Translations under genes and position numbers: made by a program
Notes under the pieces: model-generated
Database searches by the model: none
Told to the model about the DNA's origin: nothing
What the model saw: the letters and a program-made list of their open reading frames with translations, nothing else
Part shown: positions 35,690-39,255 of the stretch, in pieces
Layout of the letters: each line of letters begins with the position of its first letter
Numbering within the stretch: the first letter of the stretch is position 1
Assembly (NCBI GenBank): GCA_043813745.1
Contig: JBDRKV010000068.1
Coordinates: 1 to 39,255 of the forward strand
DNA: 39,255 nucleotides
Source of the DNA: Candidatus Aenigmatarchaeota archaeon
GTDB taxonomy: Archaea > Aenigmatarchaeota > Aenigmatarchaeia > GW2011-AR5 > GCA-2688965
Reading direction: 5' to 3'

Positions 35690-37282
35690 CTAATTTTTTG
35701 TTTGGTTCACAAACCCCTCGTACGTTTGTTGATACAGCGGCGATGCTTCCAGTTCTTTGACATTGCGCTTGTACAAGATGTCTTTCAAACGAACGTTATT
35801 TTCTTTTTCCCATTTCCTTATTGAAATGCCCTGGGCTTTCTGGCTTTTATCACGATACCATTCGGGTATTACGTTGAACGCGCAGAACGGAATGATGCGA
35901 CCGTCTGTCATCGCGTAATGTATGCAACAGCGCTTTACGCGCTCTATGTCGTAGTTCCACTGGTCCATGAAATGCATCATGCCTATGAACATGGACTTGC
36001 TATGGAACGCGCCCAATGAGCGGTAGTCGTGCTTTGTCAGCGCGTTGTATATAATTTTTCCAATGTTAAATCCATCGGGTTGTTTATCCTCGTCTATGAA
36101 ACTGCCTATTTTCCACAATAGCTTCAGGCTGGCAATGTATTTGTTCTTGCCGTTGCGGAGCTTAACTGAAACGCTGTTTAGGTATTCCATCAAGCCCTCT
36201 ACGTCGACGAATCGCGTTATAGGAATCATTTTACCGTTATCGTTGAACACGTACGTGCCCATGCCGCATGCAAAGTGCGAAGAAAGATGATACGAAGACT
36301 CACCGGTCATCGCCTCCACAAAATCGGTTATTGCCGAGACCGTGGGCACGGGATAAAAGTCGTCCTTGCTTATTTCACCGTTTGTCTGCTCTTCCAGGCG
36401 CTGTATCACGTCTGGTATTGTTATACGATATTTCTTCAAATCGCTTTTGGGCATCCTACCAACGAGCGAAACCGGCTGGAGGTTCACTGAGCGCACGATA
36501 TCAGAATGCTTGAAACCGAATTTGACGATGCTGCCGATTTCATGATCGTTGATTGAATTTATTATTGTCGGTACAAGAACAATGCCAACGCCTGCCTGGC
36601 GAGCCGTATCAAATATCTGTGGAATCTCCCAATGATTCTTGGGGTTTGTTTTCGGAGAAACGCCGTCAAAGCTGAGATAAAGTGTGTTTATGCCGGCTTG
36701 CCGAATATTTTTTGTAAGCTCAAGATTTTTTCCAAGTATGATTCCGTTCGTATTTAGCTGAATGTGGTCTATGCCGTGCTTCTTGACAATTTTAACAATA
36801 TCTACGAGATCGTTCCGTATGCATGGCTCGCCGCCTGTCAACTGAACGGCGTTGCACGCGACCGGCTTTTCATTAGCCAACATCCCAACCATTTTGTCTA
36901 TCTGTTCCAGCGTGGGCTCGTAAACATAACCAACACGTCCGGCATAGAAGAAACAATACCAGCAGTTCAGGTCGCAGCGGTTCGTGACTGCTATGTTCGC
37001 CAATGCTGTGTGGCTTTTGTGCATATTACATAATCCACAGTCTTTCGGGCAAATCGGGCTTTCTTTTGTAACATTCGGGTTTTCTACGCCCTTGCCATCG
37101 CACGCGAAGCGCTCGGCTTTTTTGTACATCTCGTAAGAGCCGTAATACAAATCGCTAAACTTGCCGTGTTTTTTGCATGACTTCTCTATGAAGACCTTTC
37201 CGTTCTTTTCAAAAATAGTCGCACCAATAATGGCCTGGCATTTTGGACATATACTGGACGTCTTTGACAAAACGTTTTTCAT
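35690..37282 (-). CDS. tes: Radical SAM tetraether lipid synthase family (Tes/GDGT-MAS, MJ0619-like)
   Basis: Start MKNVLSKT at 37282; CPKC...CKKH, CPKDCGLCNMH, CDLNCWYC, QLTGGEP, HFACG, MHFMD, RCCIHY, PFC. Confidence 0.85.
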   Translation of the reverse strand: MKNVLSKTSSICPKCQAIIGATIFEKNGKVFIEKSCKKHGKFSDLYYGSYEMYKKAERFACDGKGVENPNVTKESPICPKDCGLCNMHKSHTALANIAVTNRCDLNCWYCFFYAGRVGYVYEPTLEQIDKMVGMLANEKPVACNAVQLTGGEPCIRNDLVDIVKIVKKHGIDHIQLNTNGIILGKNLELTKNIRQAGINTLYLSFDGVSPKTNPKNHWEIPQIFDTARQAGVGIVLVPTIINSINDHEIGSIVKFGFKHSDIVRSVNLQPVSLVGRMPKSDLKKYRITIPDVIQRLEEQTNGEISKDDFYPVPTVSAITDFVEAMTGESSYHLSSHFACGMGTYVFNDNGKMIPITRFVDVEGLMEYLNSVSVKLRNGKNKYIASLKLLWKIGSFIDEDKQPDGFNIGKIIYNALTKHDYRSLGAFHSKSMFIGMMHFMDQWNYDIERVKRCCIHYAMTDGRIIPFCAFNVIPEWYRDKSQKAQGISIRKWEKENNVRLKDILYKRNVKELEASPLYQQTYEGFVNQTKN

Positions 37283-37397
37283 AGTTACAGATATAAATGA
37301 TAAACTTTTAATGAATAAAAAATGCCCCCGCCGCTGAACCGCGGAGAACATTAGTTCTCCCCAGTTTGAAGGTCCTCCTGACCCTCTTTAAAAGGAA

Positions 37398-37503
37398 CGC
37401 CCCCGCCGGGATTCGAACCCGGGTCCTAAGCTCCGCAAGCTCATATTCTATACGGCGTTCGCTCTTGAAAAGAGCGGACGAATCCAGGCTAAACTACAGG
37501 GGC
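37398..37503 (-). tRNA. tRNA-Arg(GCG) with a 32-nt intron in the D-loop (intron 37450-37481)
   Basis: Acceptor GCCCCTG/CGGGGGC, D stem GTTT/GAAT, anticodon arm TGAGC-TTGCGGA-GCTTA, T arm CCGGG-TTCGAAT-CCCGG; no encoded CCA. Confidence 0.92.
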
Positions 37504-37685
37504 CAAGATTCTTGCCCCTTTTCTCGAACCTCTGGTTCAAGATACAGGGACCTGATACTACGTTTTTAAATGTAATTAAACAACCAGAGATTGTTTAATA
37601 CATTAAATAGCATTAGGTATGCTATTTGAATGTAATTGAAGAAGAGAGTATAAAATCTTTTAAACGAAGGCATTAAGTGATATAT

Positions 37686-37850
37686 ATGGTATTGAAATGC
37701 ACGTCATGCAACAAAACGTTGATCTCAGAAGAGAAGTTCTCCCAGTTCAATTGCCCGAAATGCGGCGAGTGTGAGATAGTGAGATGCAGGAATTGCAGAC
37801 ACCAGTCCATACTCTACGTCTGCCCGAAATGCAAATTCGAAGGGCCATGA
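37686..37850 (+). CDS. Zn-ribbon protein (DUF1610/HVO_2753 family)
   Basis: Below track cutoff: MVLKCTSCNKTLISEEKFSQFNCPKCGECEIVRCRNCRHQSILYVCPKCKFEGP*; four CxxC, conserved position upstream of ef1b. Confidence 0.92.
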   Translation: MVLKCTSCNKTLISEEKFSQFNCPKCGECEIVRCRNCRHQSILYVCPKCKFEGP

Positions 37851-37863
37851 AATCGGTGATTTG

Positions 37864-38121
37864 ATGGGTAATGTAGCATTGACTATGACGATTAATCCGG
37901 AATCCCCTGAGACTGATCTGGGTAAAATAAAGTCAGAATTGGAAAAACTAGACGGGTTTAAGAGCGTTCAAGAACGCCCGATAGCATTTGGAATGAAGCA
38001 GCTTATCGTAATGTTTGTTTTTAATGACCGCGCTGGCGCGGACACGGATAAAATAGAAAATGTGATAGCAAAAATCAACGGCGTGGCAAGCGTTGAAACA
38101 GGCGATATAACACTGATTTGA
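37864..38121 (+). CDS. ef1b: Translation elongation factor aEF-1beta
   Basis: INPESPETDL, ERPIAFGMKQL, INGVASVE; GGTGA RBS. Confidence 0.93.
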   Translation: MGNVALTMTINPESPETDLGKIKSELEKLDGFKSVQERPIAFGMKQLIVMFVFNDRAGADTDKIENVIAKINGVASVETGDITLI

Positions 38122-38169
38122 AATCCTAATAACTTTAAATTCTAACCAACCAAAATTTATCTGATACGA

Positions 38170-38538
38170 ATGAAAATTACCACCACTCTGGCTGTACTTG
38201 CTGTTATGATAGTCGCGGCTGTGGCTATGAGTAATGGTAATGTGATCAGCGGAACGGTTACGCTCAATATAGATGTGGTAAGCGCGCAGAACGAATTCAA
38301 CGCGGACACGATCTCTGTCAAGAACACAGACAGTTTTGACTGGAACCACGTAAGAGTAACGGTCGTGGATGCAAATGATAGGGCGTACAACTGTCCTAAT
38401 ATGCTTATTCTCGGCAGCGGCTCCAAGGCGACCATACAAAAGGATTACTGCTTTAATGACGCGAATGCGCCTTTGAGAACGCCTGTTGCAAAAGTCAGAA
38501 TAATTACAGACGAAGGCGAAGCTGCTTTTGTTTATTGA
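38170..38538 (+). CDS. Small exported beta-rich protein
   Basis: Signal/TM MKITTTLAVLAVMIVAAVAM; ISVKNTDSFDW; two Cys. Confidence 0.65.
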   Translation: MKITTTLAVLAVMIVAAVAMSNGNVISGTVTLNIDVVSAQNEFNADTISVKNTDSFDWNHVRVTVVDANDRAYNCPNMLILGSGSKATIQKDYCFNDANAPLRTPVAKVRIITDEGEAAFVY

Positions 38539-38544
38539 TTTTAG

Positions 38545-39255
38545 CTATACTTTGAACTCCTTTACCACTGTGCTCAGCTTGTCCTTCCAGATGAACATGA
38601 AGCCCAGGAGTATCATGAACCAAAATGATATGAAGCGGTCCAGTATTATGCCGCTTCCTGCAAGCGAATTGCTCAATCCGAATGCTATGAACGCTGATAT
38701 GCCGCCTACTTCCACCAGACCCAGGTTTCCAGGCAAGCCGGGCACGAGCCCGAGCAGCATGGTTATGCTCCATATGAATATGATGATTTCAAAGGGCACG
38801 AACGCCCCAAGCGCGAGGAAGATAATCCAGGTCCTGATAAATTCAACAATCTTCTCTAAAAATGTTATTGTCACGAGCTTGGACACGAACTTGTTGTCTT
38901 TTGTAAGATTTTCCAGCGCGTTCTGGAAAAGCGCGGCATAATCCTTTTTTCTCGCTTTTACCAGCAGATGGGACTTGCTGAATTTTGCAGCAAACCTCAT
39001 TATGAAATTGATGAGCCTTCTCAGCAATGTACGGTTGAATATGACTGCGAATATTGCAAGGAACAGCACGACTGCCAGTGCCAGTGCCATCAGTATGGGA
39101 ACAAGCAGGCTGAAAGACGGGCCTTTTACTATGGTCATGGCTATCATGGATAGAAATATTATAACGAAAATTGACACAACCTCAAGTATCGTGTCTGTTG
39201 CTACGATTGCGCTGGCTCTGTAGCCTGGTATGCCGTTCTTGTTCAGCATGTATAT
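38545..39255 (-). CDS. UPF0104/LPG-synthase-TM flippase-like membrane protein, 5'-truncated
   Basis: VPGLPGNLGLVE and ILDRFISFW motifs; frame open to the window end. Confidence 0.85.
   Translation of the reverse strand: MYMLNKNGIPGYRASAIVATDTILEVVSIFVIIFLSMIAMTIVKGPSFSLLVPILMALALAVVLFLAIFAVIFNRTLLRRLINFIMRFAAKFSKSHLLVKARKKDYAALFQNALENLTKDNKFVSKLVTITFLEKIVEFIRTWIIFLALGAFVPFEIIIFIWSITMLLGLVPGLPGNLGLVEVGGISAFIAFGLSNSLAGSGIILDRFISFWFMILLGFMFIWKDKLSTVVKEFKV

Noticed and set aside
37366-37569. 67-aa + strand ORF
   Set aside because: Antisense to the tRNA gene
518-39223. Numerous 60-200 aa track ORFs antisense or out of frame to called genes
   Set aside because: Shadow ORFs nested in confidently assigned genes, without RBS or family motifs

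Overview
Archaeal window, most likely from a DPANN lineage (Aenigmarchaeota-like; inferred from gene content and GGTGA-type RBS/TATA promoters). The left part holds a Met/Gly-rich membrane protein with a membrane-anchored wHTH regulator, rubrerythrin, gatD and gatE, a DUF2683/RelE-type toxin-antitoxin pair, and a small accessory block (HExxH protein, membrane protein, AT-rich SAM methyltransferase). gatE carries one in-frame TAA at codon 22. The centre (about 8.5-33.9 kb) is a large type IV pilus-like surface locus. It has tandem paralogous membrane proteins, two divergent coiled-coil proteins, a VirB11/PilB-type ATPase, a TadC/ArlJ-like platform and about 14 pilin-like genes. Four of these are 40-58 aa micro-ORFs missed by the ORF track, and several lack a class III leader. 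The locus ends in a ~1990-aa secreted Cys-rich mosaic protein. Pilins and the giant protein share small disulfide modules with beta-defensin-like, PSI-like and GxGDCD spacings. The right part holds fen, a tetraether-synthase (Tes)-type radical SAM enzyme, tRNA-Arg(GCG) with a non-canonical D-loop intron and structured flanks, a Zn-ribbon protein, ef1b and a partial flippase-like gene. All family calls come from motif recognition by eye; no searches were run.
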